Below are positions 1-11,789 of a stretch of DNA of 64,000 nucleotides, piece after piece. Origin of the DNA: Octopus vulgaris (lineage: Eukaryota). The position numbers were made by a program, and so were the translations under genes. Where the stretch lies: assembly GCA_951406725.2 (NCBI GenBank), contig OX597819.1, forward strand, positions 31,186,001 to 31,250,000. Reading direction: 5' to 3'. The first letter of the stretch is position 1; the number at the start of each line of letters is the position of its first letter. The notes below the pieces were generated by a model. That model saw only the letters and a list, made by a program, of their open reading frames with translations, had not been told where the DNA came from and ran no database searches.

Positions 1-116
1 TTACCTTTTTATTATTTTTTTTTTTTGCTATGCTGAGAATGCGGATTTTCAGTAAAAGATTATTTTTGATGGCTAGCTGTTAGGATTAACTTATTTGTGG
101 CTATCATTGAAGGTGA

Positions 117-157
117 TGAGAGAGAGAGAGAGAGAGAGTGAGTGTGTGTGTGTGTGT
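117..157. repeat. (AG)n(TG)n microsatellite
   Basis: Direct reading. Confidence 0.95.
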
Positions 158-180
158 CTTCATAAAAGGCAAAGACTCAC

Positions 181-363
181 CTCGGATGTAACATATTGTT
201 CAATATTCATTTCAAGTTCTGCTTCATCTATTAATAAACTGGGTTCTGTTGAAGAGTAACATTTAGTTTCAACATCAAAAGATAGCATTGGGGTTTCAAT
301 ACCACACAAATAATCTCCAAACATCTGAAGGCTTTGAATGCGGAGACAATCTCGAGCTATGTC
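181..363 (-). CDS. SMG6: SMG6 exon 15 (DIARDCLRIQSLQMFGDYLCGIETPMLSF...EQYVTSE)
   Basis: ORF 160..459, acceptor TCTTCAG|G, donor GAG|GTGAGT, 183 nt. Matches IAADCKRV...LCGQEEPLLAF. Confidence 0.92.
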
Positions 364-476
364 CTGAAGAAAATATAAAAAAAAAAAATAATAGAAAACA
401 ATGATGACAATGCATTTAACAAGGTCATTTTGGAAATCTGTCAAGTGGAACAAACACATTTAGAAGTTTAAATTAA

Positions 477-683
477 CCCTTTTTGCAACCATATTTCTGC
501 CTTCGTGTTCATTAATTTTGAAAATAATGAAGAATTTAGTAAAATAATTTTGTCATTATTAAGCTGGTGCTTGGAACATAAATCAACATGAAATTTTGAT
601 AGGTTTTAATTTAGGTGACTTTAAAACTGGAAGTTTGTGTCACAGAAACAGGAGCAGTCTCAGATGGGTTAGCATCAAAAGGG
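477..683. mobile_element. piggyBac-like MITE
   Basis: TTAA|CCCTTTT ... AAAAGGG|TTAA termini. Confidence 0.65.
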
Positions 684-1194
684 TTAATGACATTTAATAA
701 ATATGTAAAGACAAAGTTAGTAAATATCTAAATACTGAACAACTTCATAAATTCTGAAATAAATGTCAAGAGTTCGATTACTACTAGTACTCTGTGCTCA
801 GACTATTTGTACTATAGATGTTTGTTGAAAATAGGACAGACATGATATCATCATCATGATTTAGTGTCCATGTTCCATGCTGGTATGGGTTGGATGGCTT
901 GACAGGATCTGATGGGTCCTAAGATTGCATTGTACTCCAGTGACTACTTTGGCATGGTTTCTAGGGCTGGATGCCCTTTCTAACACCAACCACTTTACAG
1001 TATGTACTGGATGCTCTTTTCATGGCAGCAGCACTATTGAAGTGTTCATGCAGTTTGCAAGACTACAAACCTGAAGCTAAGTGGGTGTGGGAGAAAAACA
1101 GCAGGTTTTTGTAGAAGAGTTGCATGGCTACTCACTTTAAAATATTTTAAACCATGAAATGGCAAATGCAACAATTAAAAAAAAAACAAAAATA

Positions 1195-2026
1195 TTCACA
1201 GGAAATAGAGTGGATAATTTCTGCTACGTAGGAGACCAAATTAGTAGCAGGGGAAGATGTACAGAAAGTGGTAATAGATAGAATAAGAATAGGATGGAGA
1301 AAATACGAGAGCTTTTACATCTGTTGGCAACCAAAGGTTTCTCTCTCCAGGTGAAAAGAAGACTGTATGATGCATGTATATGAACAGCAATTCTACAGAG
1401 TAGTGAGATGTGGGCCCTGAATGCAGTGGACATGCAGAGGAATGAGACTAGTATGCTCTGCTGAATGTGTAATGTAAGTGTACATGTTCAACAAAGTGCT
1501 AGTGTATTGAGAGAGAAGTTAAGCACAGGAGGAATTAGATGCGGTGTGCAAGATAAAAGACTGCACTTGTTTGGTCATGTTATATGGATGGATGTTGACA
1601 GCTCCATAAAGAAATGCTGATCTCTCTAAGTGAATGGAACTCATGGAAGAGGGGAAACCCAGGAAGAAGTAATGAAGGATGACCTCAGGACACTGAACCA
1701 TTCAGGTGAGATGACAAAGGACCAAGATACCTGGTGCCTTGCTTTACTCAAGGAGACCTGTCCTCCATAGCAGAAGTGTTAAGGTCACATCCACTGGTGA
1801 TCAGGATTGGCCTGCAAGAGACCAATGCTGGTGCTATGCTAAAAGCATCCAGCACACACTGTAAAGCGGTTGGTGTTAGGAAGTACATCCAACTATAGAA
1901 GCCAAGCTAAATCAGACTGGAACCTAGTGCAGCTCTCTGGCTTGCCAGTTCTCTGGTTTACCAGCTCTGGTCAAACCATCCAACCCACGCCAGCATAAAA
2001 AATGGGGGTTAAAGGCTGATGATGAT
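1195..2026 (+). mobile_element. Decayed RTE-clade LINE 3' portion (ORF2 C-terminus, 3'UTR, (GAT)n tail)
   Basis: Frameshifted remnants RIRIGWRK.RELL.LLATKGFSLQVKRRLYDAC, LHLFGHV and GRG.PRK, followed by the shared 3'UTR ending TGATGATGAT. Confidence 0.8.
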
Positions 2027-2558
2027 ATCATAAAGTACTTCAGAAAAATATCTTACAACAGACAGTGATGTTATCATAAACAAGATACTATGAAAAAATC
2101 TAGTATTTACAAGTAACTAATGCAAGCTAGAAACTGTCCAGTTGCTGTTTACAAAGGAAAGAAAATTTAGATTGTGTTGGGCCTTTGTTAGTCAATGTTA
2201 ACCATGAATCTGTATGAATCTCACTTTCCCTCCGAGACCTACTTGCATGTAATTTTTTCCCTTTAAATCTCTTCTCACAACATATTCTCCTAATATCCTC
2301 TTTCTTCTACCTGTGAACACTCACTGTATTTCATCCACCCTCTCCATCTTCCACTCTCCTTTTTGCAATCTCACAAACTAAACTCACTTTCTTTAATCCC
2401 CAGTCCATTTCACTATATACACTTCCCTGTAGCTTGCAGGGTATACCCACCACCACCACCACCACTATCTCATCTTCACTATCTTCTCTCCCTACTACCC
2501 CCAAGGTAGCCATATTTTTTCTCTACTGCAACACACCTTTTTCTTTCCCTCATTACTA

Positions 2559-2970
2559 CTCCCCAGCTCAGTTGAGGGGTTCTTGTCTTACATGTTACTT
2601 GTCAACCTCACCAAGGCTGGTGCCATGTAAAGTGGTTGGCAATAGCAAGGGCATCCAGCTGTAGAAACCATGCCAAAGAAGACAGCAGAACTTGGTGCAG
2701 TCTTCTGAACTGCTAGTTCCTGTTAAACTATCCAATCCGTACCAGCATGAAAAACAGATGTTAAATGATGATGATGATGATATCATCTGCAGATCTAGGA
2801 AAGCTTCTTTTGAAGAAGACTAACAGTTGCTCGTGCATGCAAATCTCCTCTCTTCATGCCACTGTTGTTTATCCAAGGGAAATATTGCTGACTTGGACTG
2901 ATACAGCTTGGCACTATCTCCAGCTCCCCCAATACTGCAAGGAACAGACTCTATAGCTACAGTGTATGTA
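2559..2970 (+). repeat. Copy 1 of a local ~410-bp direct duplication (copy 2 at 4948-5362)
   Basis: Near-identical sequence across several repeat junctions. ORFs 2765..2956 and 5154..5348 are nearly identical. Confidence 0.9.
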
Positions 2971-3238
2971 TTATTGCATGTTCTATTGTATAGTATATGC
3001 ACCTCTTTAGCTGCAGTGTATGTACTATTGAGAAATAAATAAATAAATATAACAGACATTGATTACTGGCAACACAATTGTGAAATTGTAAAAGCATGAA
3101 ACTGAAGTTTTTTTTGTGTTTATTTTCATGAAGATAACCAGTTCAACCTCCTGTATCAAGACAGAAATAGTCAGAGGTTTTAAAGAAGCTGTGTAAATTG
3201 AATAAAAGATATAAATAAGGCTTGATGTTGATACTTAC

Positions 3239-3342
3239 CTTATCAACAGTAGAATGAACATAGGTAGGGTTGAACGGAGCACTCAATAATGGTACAAACC
3301 CACACAACATTGTATCTTCACTTAGAATAACAGGTTCACAAT
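3239..3342 (-). CDS. SMG6: SMG6 exon 14 (CEPVILSEDTMLCGFVPLLSAPFNPTYVHSTVDK)
   Basis: Acceptor CCTCTAG|AT, donor AAG|GTAAGT, 104 nt. L-x-ED-x-x-L-x-GF-x-PL EST1-family motif. Confidence 0.94.
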
Positions 3343-4070
3343 CTAGAGGTAAAGAGATGATAGAAATTAAATTAGTGAATATACAACCTTTGTCAGGTTA
3401 AAAAGGACATCTGTACAAAAAAACAAACAAAAAAAAACTAGATAAACTCTAATCTTAAAATATTGGCTTCAAATTTTGGCACAAGGCAAGCAATTTCAGG
3501 GGAGAAGTTAAGTTGATTATATCAACCCCAGTACTCAACTAGTACTTATTTTATTGTCCCTGAAAGCGATGAATGGCAAAGTCGACCCCAGTGGAATTTG
3601 AACTCTGGAAATACTGACAGACAAAATGCCGCTAAGCATTTTACCTCCTGTGCTAATGTGCTGCCTTAAATTCTAGTCTTAAAATATAACAAATACAGTA
3701 AAAATGGCAACAGCATCCCAACTACCATTCTTTTAACTTCAGTTTTTCTCATAATGGTATAGATAGAAAGGTTGTACAATGTAGAATATCATCATTAGTA
3801 TCAAGTCATCATACACACACACATACACACACATACTCAGTAATATACCCCATGCTAAACAAAATGCCAGATATTCAAGATCACAGTTTGTTTCAATATA
3901 TGCAGTCCTTTCCTATCTAATCATGATAAATAACGGAGATGTACTTGCATAGCGAGTGACTTGATCTGAGATTGTGTGCTGGAACGAAAATAACTGCAGC
4001 GTGGAAGGTGTTTATAAGCCATTTAAGAAACACACAAAACTGTGAGATTCACTTCAACATTTAAATTTAA

Positions 4071-4121
4071 TTTGTCAAAATATTTTCAGCGCTTTGAGAC
4101 CGCGGCCTGTTCATTGACAAA
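4071..4121 (-). ncRNA. Degenerate minimal hammerhead-like motif with variant core, within a probable Penelope-related repeat (about 3935-4140)
   Basis: TTTGTCA-ATGAACA-G-GCCGC-loop-GCGCT-GAA-AATATT-T-TGACAAA. Perfect 7-bp stem I, palindromic stem III, core ATGAACA instead of CTGANGA. Confidence 0.45.
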
Positions 4122-4583
4122 GCTTTGTGCTGCATCACGATAAATAATATAACATGCAAATACAGCTGCAACATCTGTTTCCTCTCCAGGTACAAACTGT
4201 CAGTCATTATTCACCCTCTGCACTAAGGCACCATCCAAATCGACCTTGCTCAACATCGAAACATACTAAACCAACAAGTCTGATAGAATAGTCTTAGATT
4301 GGACTCAATATAACCAAATAATGTAGGAGAGTGTGAAACATGGTTTAAATAAAACTAGAGTATATTGTATTTTGGATAACCTCATAATGTTAGATTATGT
4401 CCCACCATATTAGAAATCTACTCAAACAATTCTAAATGGGACTATAATTAAAGTAACATAAACCCAATATCTGCACCTAATATAAAACATGAACAACAGT
4501 AAAATGCATAATACACAAATAAGGGTTTCAGATTTTAGCACAAGGCCAGCAATTTTAAGAGGAGGGATGTTAGTCAATTATGA

Positions 4584-4795
4584 GCGGGTGCTGTAATGTT
4601 CCTGGCTTTAAGGGTGCTATGAAAGGCCTGGTTGGTGGCCCAACCTTCCAAGTTCTTTTACAGGGCTTAGAAAAACTGAACGACCACTGCAATAAGTGTG
4701 TGAATCTGAGAGGGGGAATATGTTGAATAAAATCATAATTAACTGATCCTCCTGTATTTTCTTTTACCAAAAGCCAAGAACATTTTAGCACCTCC
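4584..4795 (+). mobile_element. Internally deleted mariner element
   Basis: Imperfect TIRs GGTGCTGTAATGTTCCTGGCTT / AAGCCAAGAACATTTTAGCACC. Encodes the mariner transposase C-terminus QGLEKLNDHCNKCVNLR...EYVE*. Confidence 0.75.
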
Positions 4796-4947
4796 ATTGT
4801 AGACCGACCCCAGTGCCCAACTGGTACTTATTCGATCGACCCCAAAAGGATGAAAGGCAAAGTTGACTTTCATGGTATCTGAACTCAGGAAAATACTGGG
4901 AAAGCTATTTATGAAGAAGACTAGCAGTTGCTCATGCATGCAAATCT

Positions 4948-5362
4948 CTCCCCAGCTCAGTTGAGAGGTTCTTGTCTTACATGTTACTTGTCAAACTCAC
5001 CAAGGCTGGTGCCATGTAAAGTGGTTGGCAATAGCAAGGGCATCCAGCTGTAGAAACCATGCCAAAGAAGACAGCAGAACTTGGTGCAGTCTTCTGAACT
5101 GCTAGTTCCTGTTAAACTATCCAATCCGGACTAGCATGAAAAACAGATGTTAAATGATGATGATGATGATGATATCATCTGCAGATCTAGGAAAGCTTCT
5201 TTTGAAGAAGACTAACAGATGCTCGTGCATGCAAATCTCCTCTCTTCATGCCACTATTGTTTATCCAAGGAAAATATTGCTGACTTGGGCTGATACAGCT
5301 TGGCACTATCTCCAACTCCTTCAGTACTGCAAGGAACAGACTCTTTAGCTACAGTGTATGTA
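4948..5362 (+). repeat. Copy 2 of the local ~410-bp direct duplication
   Basis: See copy 1. It sits inside an older SINE whose halves flank it. Confidence 0.9.
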
Positions 5363-5566
5363 AGCATTTTGTCCAGTGTGCTAATGATTATACCAGCTCA
5401 CTGTCTTTTAATACAACTGGCCCCACTTGGTGCAGCAATGTACATTATGCACATCATGATGGTATCATACATACACAGGTTGTAATAAAATATAAAACAT
5501 TCAAGATTGATATGACAGAATGTATTTAACGGTTAGTTTCATATAATAGTTTAAATTAATATTTAC

Positions 5567-5664
5567 TTTCACGCTTGTCCTTATAAAGTCGCACATGAGA
5601 GATATCCACTTGTTTGAGAACATTGCATAGCTTAGCCAGTGCCTCCCACACATCAACATTAGCA
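5567..5664 (-). CDS. SMG6: SMG6 exon 13 (ANVDVWEALAKLCNVLKQVDISHVRLYKDKRE)
   Basis: Acceptor TTATTTCAG|T, donor A|GTAAAT, 98 nt, phase 2 to 1. Matches VDVWSTLADFCNIL...VPLYKD. It lies in a different frame from the listed ORF 5501..5713. Confidence 0.92.
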
Positions 5665-6131
5665 CTGAAATAAAAAAAAAAAAGGAAATTATTAAAATAG
5701 AAAAACAAAACACCCTCTTACAATAAACTTTTTACTTAGATGAGGCATGGGACACTAGAAGCCTGGAAATAGAAATTAGAGCTTTTTTCATATCTGTATT
5801 AGGAAAAGTTAGACTGATGTACACAATAAGGTTCCATGGAATATCCACAGTCACATGACTGAAAGAAATAAAACAATAAAAAAAAAACTATGCCATTTTA
5901 ATCCTGATCAAGGCCGGGTACCTCTGCTAGTATAATATATATATTCTAAAATGCTATGTAGACAGTTATATAATATATGCTGTGTTAAGATGCTATATAT
6001 AATAATATATATTGTGTGTTAAAGTGCTATGCACACAATATGTTAATGTGGTATGTACACAAAAATATATACTTGTTCTGATTTTATTACAAAGCTGATG
6101 TTTATTTTATCATAGCTTTAGTAAAAATTAG

Positions 6132-6538
6132 GGATCTTTTCGGTTTGAACGGCAGTTTTTAACATAATTTCTAGGTAACTAAAAAATTTTAAACTTCGTA
6201 TACTGGTAGAATGTGTTTATAAAACATCTTTTTTTCTTGGCTTTATTGAGAAAATTCTATAGTTTGTAAGATATTTGTTTTTTTTCTTCAATTTCTGCAA
6301 TTTCAACCAATCACTGACGTCCATTGAGGTAAAAAACATTCTGTGCCGTATGAATATATATCTCGTTTAAGAAACAGATTGAGTTTATTTACATATGTGA
6401 AGAAAAAAAGATACCCTTCCCCCACCTCTAACCCTAAAACAGATAGAAATGCAATAGATCGATACTAGGGTCATAATTATGGGTGACAATTTCATATGAC
6501 ACCGCTAGAAAAAACTGCCATTCAAACCAAAAAGATCC
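6132..6538. mobile_element. MITE with ~29-bp TIRs and 8-bp TSD (Merlin-like)
   Basis: TIR GGATCTTTTCGGTTTGAACGGCAGTTTTT. TSD AAAATTAG at 6124-6131 and 6539-6546. Confidence 0.85.
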
Positions 6539-6615
6539 AAAATTAGAAATCAAAATTAAAATACATGGCAAAAGCATCTATAACAGAGAGCTGAACTATT
6601 CAAGATAAAACTCAC

Positions 6616-6874
6616 CCGAGATCAAAGTTTTTTACACAGTGTTGAGGCATCCACAACTGTAAGTGACAAATCATCCAGTCTGTCCAAACCTTTACTGCTG
6701 GAACATAGTGACTTAGCGTGTAACTCAAAATCTCTCGAGCAGAATTTTCACACTGCAAATGATTATGCAATAGTTCAGCACATCGATCAACTAAAATAGC
6801 AAACATATCAAGGCCTAACTGTACTGCATATTCTTGAAGTAACAAACGGCAGTCCTCGTCATCTTTATGGTCAC
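6616..6874 (-). CDS. SMG6: SMG6 exon 12 (DHKDDEDCRLLLQEYAVQLGLDMF...PAVKVWTDWM...NFDLG)
   Basis: ORF 6612..6845, acceptor TTGTTCTAG|GT, donor GG|GTGAGT, 259 nt. Confidence 0.93.
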
Positions 6875-7197
6875 CTAGAACAACAAAGTGAAAATTAAAC
6901 GAAATTAATAAAAAGGAAAAAAATTGTTTTCATACCTTATTTAAAGGAAGGTAATTAATAGTTTATTTTTTAATGTATGATTAATGGCTTCGTATTCTAG
7001 TTAAGCTCATTTTACTTCTAAAACTTTTCTCCATATGAACAGCTCAATATAATTGATGAGGTTGCTCTGAATGTCCTCTGTTCATGTTTTTCTTGCAGAA
7101 GTTTACATTCAATAGCTGCTATAACCAGTGGGTGCACATGAATAAAATGACACTTCAAACTAATAAATCATGACTTAATTAAGTACAATGTGGAAAT

Positions 7198-7380
7198 CAT
7201 CATCATCATCATTTAGGTCCGCTTTCCATGCTAGCATGGGTTGGACGGTTCAACTGGGGTCTGTGAAGCCAGAAGGCTGCATCAGTCCCAGTCTGATCTG
7301 GCAGTGTTTCTACGGCTGGATGCCCTTCCTAACGCCAACCACTCCGTGAGTGTAGTGGGTGCTTTCTACGTGCCACCCGC
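7198..7380 (-). mobile_element. RTE LINE 3'UTR fragment with (GAT)n tail
   Basis: (CAT)n-TTTAGGTCCGCTTTCCATGCTAGCATGGGTTGGACGG... shared with many copies in the window. Confidence 0.75.
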
Positions 7381-8187
7381 AAAATATAAAAACAAACTGG
7401 TCAAAGAAATGAACTATTGTAGAAGACACAAAACTGTCAAACCCATGTGAACGCGGACAATATGAACAGGATATATATCAACATCATCAGTGGAGCCAAA
7501 TTTCTGTGGATGGATACACTTCCTGGTGCCAAACCTCATTATATCCAAGCAAGGTAATAATCTCCTAGTCTATTAAGCAACAAGCAACCCAAACAGGGTT
7601 ATGTGAAGAACTGGAGCAAACAGCACTTTTTAAGTGAGCCTTTTTGTAACAATGATAGCCCAACATGTCAAGAAGCCTGGAACACCGTCTGTATGAACAG
7701 TGAGGCTGTTGTTTACAGTCAGCAAATGCATATGAAGATGAGGTGGGGAATATGAACTCGTACACACAAATAAACATAATACATATGAGAGGCTTCTTCA
7801 GTTTCCATCACAATGTACTGGTCGAACTGTGTCTATGGTATAGAATGCCAATCAACAGCATCTAGAGAGTGGCACCAAATTCCTAATCATGTAGTTCCAA
7901 AGTGAACTTCTTAACACACAGCCATGCCTGCACATAAGTGTGTGTCTATGTGTAATTCAATTATTACAAAAAAAAAAACACTTTCTCTCAAATAATATAA
8001 AACTAGAGACAGAGAGACGGACAGTAAAACATAGTTAAGAGTAAAGTCTGAATAATGAAGGAAAATAACGGAAAAAATTATATATAGAATTAATATATTC
8101 TATGTATAAGCCCCAATGCAAAGCAATTAGGAGGCTTTGAAGACTTCTATTTAATCTTTTAGACAATATACCTTCCTCATATACATA

Positions 8188-8415
8188 TGTTTCTTTATTA
8201 CCCACAAGGGGCTAAACATAGAGGGGACAAACAAGGACAGACAAAGGGATTAAGTCGATTACATCGACCCCAGTGCGTAACTGGTACTTAATTTATCAAC
8301 CCCGAAAGGATGAAAGGCAAAGTCGACCTCGGCGGAATTTGAACTCAGAACGTAACGGCAGACGAAATACCGCTAAGTATTTCGCCTGGCGTGCTAACGT
8401 TTCTGCCAGCTCGAC
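8188..8415 (-). mobile_element. Young SINE, family A (head GGCGAGCTGGCAGAAACGTTAGC), with 18-bp TSD
   Basis: TSD ACCTTCCTCATATACATA at 8170-8187 and 8416-8433. B-box-like GAGTTCAAATTCC. Near-identical copies elsewhere in the window. Confidence 0.9.
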
Positions 8416-9129
8416 ACCTTCCTCATATACATAAACATAGCCAATATGGCAAAGTAGATGTAATTAGCATTGTATATTTTTTTAAAGGTTTAGTCAAGAG
8501 GAAGGAGCTCCAGCCATGACAATGACAGGCTTTCTGAGATCAATGTGGTTGATGTTCATCTTGATAAACTCTAAGCTAATGACTGCAAGAAAAACATGAG
8601 CAGAGGCCATTGTAGCAGCAGAGTGAGAAGATAGCATATTTGTTGGCTAGAGATTGAAGTATATTGGTGAGCAATTCATTGCTAATTAGGTTTTTTTTTT
8701 TTTTTAATTAAAAAAAGTGAACCAAATTGTTTCTCGCAAACCGTTCATATCCTTCAACTTGCCTGTGTAATTATCCCTAAATTAGATTAATTAACAAACA
8801 ATACATTTACATTGCCAAGTGAACTGATGGAAATGGAATGCTGTTAATTGCTTTACATTACCAAGCTACACAATATGAGCAGCTTCCATTTCATCTCATC
8901 ATAAAATATCTTCCAAGTACATCTAAATGGATAAAATTTATGATAGCAAAGTAAATCATACGTAAAAAATGTGAACTAATTAACTGCAGAGTAAATTATG
9001 CTTCACAAGTCTGGTGATATGCATTTAAGCAAAGTTCATTATTATACTTTCAGTATTTAGCTCAGGAGTTGGAAAGGAAAGCTCAAAAAACACTTGTTCC
9101 GATTAAGTCATATGCAAATACCAAAATAC

Positions 9130-9442
9130 AGATTACACAGCTCCCATGACTTCAGGAAACATTTTTTCACGCTGAGAGTTGCTGAAGCATGGAACAAACT
9201 GCTGGCATCGGTTGTTAGTTGTCGGAGCACTGCATCCTTCAAAACTTCCAGGCTTCCTGAGATTCGCCAACACTACACTTGATTTTCTCCCCTCCATACA
9301 CACACAAGCATATATCTGACTCATACATTGTTCGCTTTCCAGACATTTCTACATTACTGCATGTACTTTATATGCACTTTCTGACAAGTTGTGGTGCACC
9401 TGAGCACTGTATACAATAATTTCATTATTATTATTATTATTA
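9130..9442 (+). mobile_element. CR1-clade LINE 3' end
   Basis: HDFRKHFFTLRVAEAWNKL...SFK ORF2 C-terminus, 3'UTR, (ATT)n tail. Confidence 0.8.
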
Positions 9443-9610
9443 TGTGTGCAAGCAAAGCAGAATTAAAAATAAATGAAACAAACCTAAAATAGAAACAGTT
9501 GAAGTATAATCACTCTGTTGAGTTAAATGTAAATAAAAACACAAGGTGTCAGAGGCATGCTACTGCAAAGAGTTGATATAAGTTGCTATATATATATATA
9601 TATATATATA

Positions 9611-9813
9611 GGTGAGCTGGCAGAAACGTTAGCACGCCGGGCGAAATGCTTAGCGGTATTTCGTCTGTTCTGAGTTCAAATTCCGCCGAGGTCGACTTTG
9701 CCTTTCATCCTTTCGGGGTCGATAAATAAAGTACCAGTTTCGCACTGGGGTCGATGTAACCGACTTAATCCCTTTGTCTGTCCTTGTTTGGCCCCTTGTG
9801 GGTAGTAAAGAAA
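9611..9813 (+). mobile_element. SINE family A
   Basis: Same sequence as 8188-8415 in the opposite orientation, inserted in (TA)n. Confidence 0.88.
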
Positions 9814-10610
9814 TATATATATATATATATATATATATCATCATCGTTTAACATCCGCCTTCCATGCCGGCATGGATTGGATGGTTTGACAAGAACTGGC
9901 CAGGCATTTCTGAGTCTCTTTTGGCATGGTTTTTTACAACTGCAAGCCCTTCCTAATGCCAACCACCTGGCAGAGTGGTGACACACACACACGCATATAG
10001 ATAGATAGAAGCTGGATAGATTGTTGCCCTGTGTATGACTTTAAGCTACATCTGGTAGTGGGGTCCTGATTCAGAAGTTTCAGGTTTTTGAGAGAAGTGT
10101 GGAATGACCTCTTAGTCACTACTGCTCCTCGGTCTACTCTTGATCCATAGTACTAGCGCCTGTCAGAGTCACAGCTATGGGTTAATTAGCATGTTACGGA
10201 AGAAACTCCAAGCACAAACACTCACTGCCTTGGGAAAGGAAAAGGCTGTCAACCGTGACAGCAAATTGTAAAAAGTGGAGTCTGACACCCTCCCAGTAAC
10301 TTCAGGGAATGTTTAGTTCCCCAGGACAACAAAACAATTCACTGAGGAGAAAGCCACTCCAATGCAAAACTTGTTTGCTGGCCACTACAACCATCTTAGC
10401 CCACTGAGCCACAGGGGTCAGATATCCAAGTCTAAAGAGTGGGATCAGATTGTGCAGACTGACCCTCAATTTAAAACTACTAAGTGCGAGCAGAAAGAAA
10501 AGCTATGCAGTATCAAGGATCAATTTACATAGCCACTTGAGGGCATGCTGCTCTTCTTCATAACTTTAGACATGAAGAAACTGCCATCATCATTATATAT
10601 ATATATAGTA

Positions 10611-11005
10611 GGCACAGGCATGGCTGTGTGGTAAGAAGCTGACTTCCCAATCACATAGTTCTGGGTTCAGTCCCATTGCATGGCACCTTGGGCAAGTGTC
10701 TTCTATTATAACCTCAGGCCAACCAAGCCTTGTGAGTGAATTTCATGGAGAGATACTGAAAGAAGCATATTGTGTGTACATGTGTGTGTGTGTCTTTGTC
10801 TGTCCCCCACCACTGCTTAACAACTGGTATTGGTGTATTTATATCCCTGCAACTTAGCAGTTTGGCAAAGATATCAATAGAAAAAGTACCAGGCTTAAAA
10901 AAAATGTACTGGAGTCGATTCATTCGACTAAAAAAAATTCTTTAAAGCAGTGCCCTAGCATGGTTACAGTCTAATGACTGAAACAAGTAGAAGAATAAAA
11001 GAATA
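10611..11005 (+). mobile_element. tRNA-derived SINE family B (head GGCGCAGGAGTGGCTGTGTGGTAAG)
   Basis: A-box TGGCTGTGTGG, B-box-like GGTTCAGTCCC, core CTTGGGCAAGTGTCTTC, internal (TG)n, tail ending GACTGAAACAAGTA. Confidence 0.82.
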
Positions 11006-11009
11006 TAAA

Positions 11010-11335
11010 AGACCCCCTTCGGTCACAAATGACCAGGGGATTGCACCTACAAAGTTCTCCTCCAAGCCTGAGCAAGATTATTTATGGAAGACCAGCAGCC
11101 GCCCATGCATATCAGTCTCCCCTCTCCATGCCACCAATCTCATCCAAAGAAAAAGTAAAGGCCAATACAACTTGGAATCATTGACGTTGCAACTCATTTC
11201 TACAGCTGAGTAAACTGGAGCAATGTGAAATAAAGTGTCTTGCTCAAGAACCCCACATACAGCTCAATGAGAATTGAACTCACAACCTCACAATTGTAAG
11301 CCAGACACTCTAACCACTGAACCATGCACCTTCAT
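11010..11335 (-). mobile_element. tRNA-derived SINE family C (head ATGGCTCAGTGGTTAGAG, tail GACCGAAGGGGGTC)
   Basis: A/B boxes and the TTCTTGAGCAAGACACTTTATTTCAC core. Four long copies in the window. Confidence 0.8.
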
Positions 11336-11456
11336 ATAACAAACACTCAACAGTAGTCATATGCTGTTATGATCTTGGACAAATGTATTAATAAAATATA
11401 TTAATTAAAGAAAAAATATTAAAATTAAAATATAAAAATATATATATATTCATTGC

Positions 11457-11602
11457 CTTTGAGTGTTGTATTCTCAATAGTAAACATATTGATGGCCATT
11501 AGCTGAAGAATACGGACATTGGTAATGGTAGGGTGTGCTTGCTGCAATAATGTATGGAACTCGCGTAACATTTGAGAACACATCTCTTGGAAAGTTTCCA
11601 TT
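11457..11602 (-). CDS. SMG6: SMG6 exon 11 (METFQEMCSQMLREFHTLLQQAHPTITNVRILQLMAINMFTIENTTLK+G), ends at a GC donor
   Basis: Acceptor TTTTGCAG|A. The only phase-compatible end at the conserved position is AAAG|GCAATG. Matches METFPAV...MLQLMTINMF. Confidence 0.9.
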
Positions 11603-11789
11603 CTGCAAAAAGAGAATCATGAAAATACAATAAGTTGTGAAATTTGTTTTAAATTGTAAGGTTATATCACAAAGGGATAATGTTTGTTCAACAGATGTAT
11701 ACTGGAATAATGCTTGGGATTAAAAAGAAAAATGAGAAAATGATGAATTTGGTCTTTATCTAAGATCATTGAGATTGAAAGTGTGCTTG

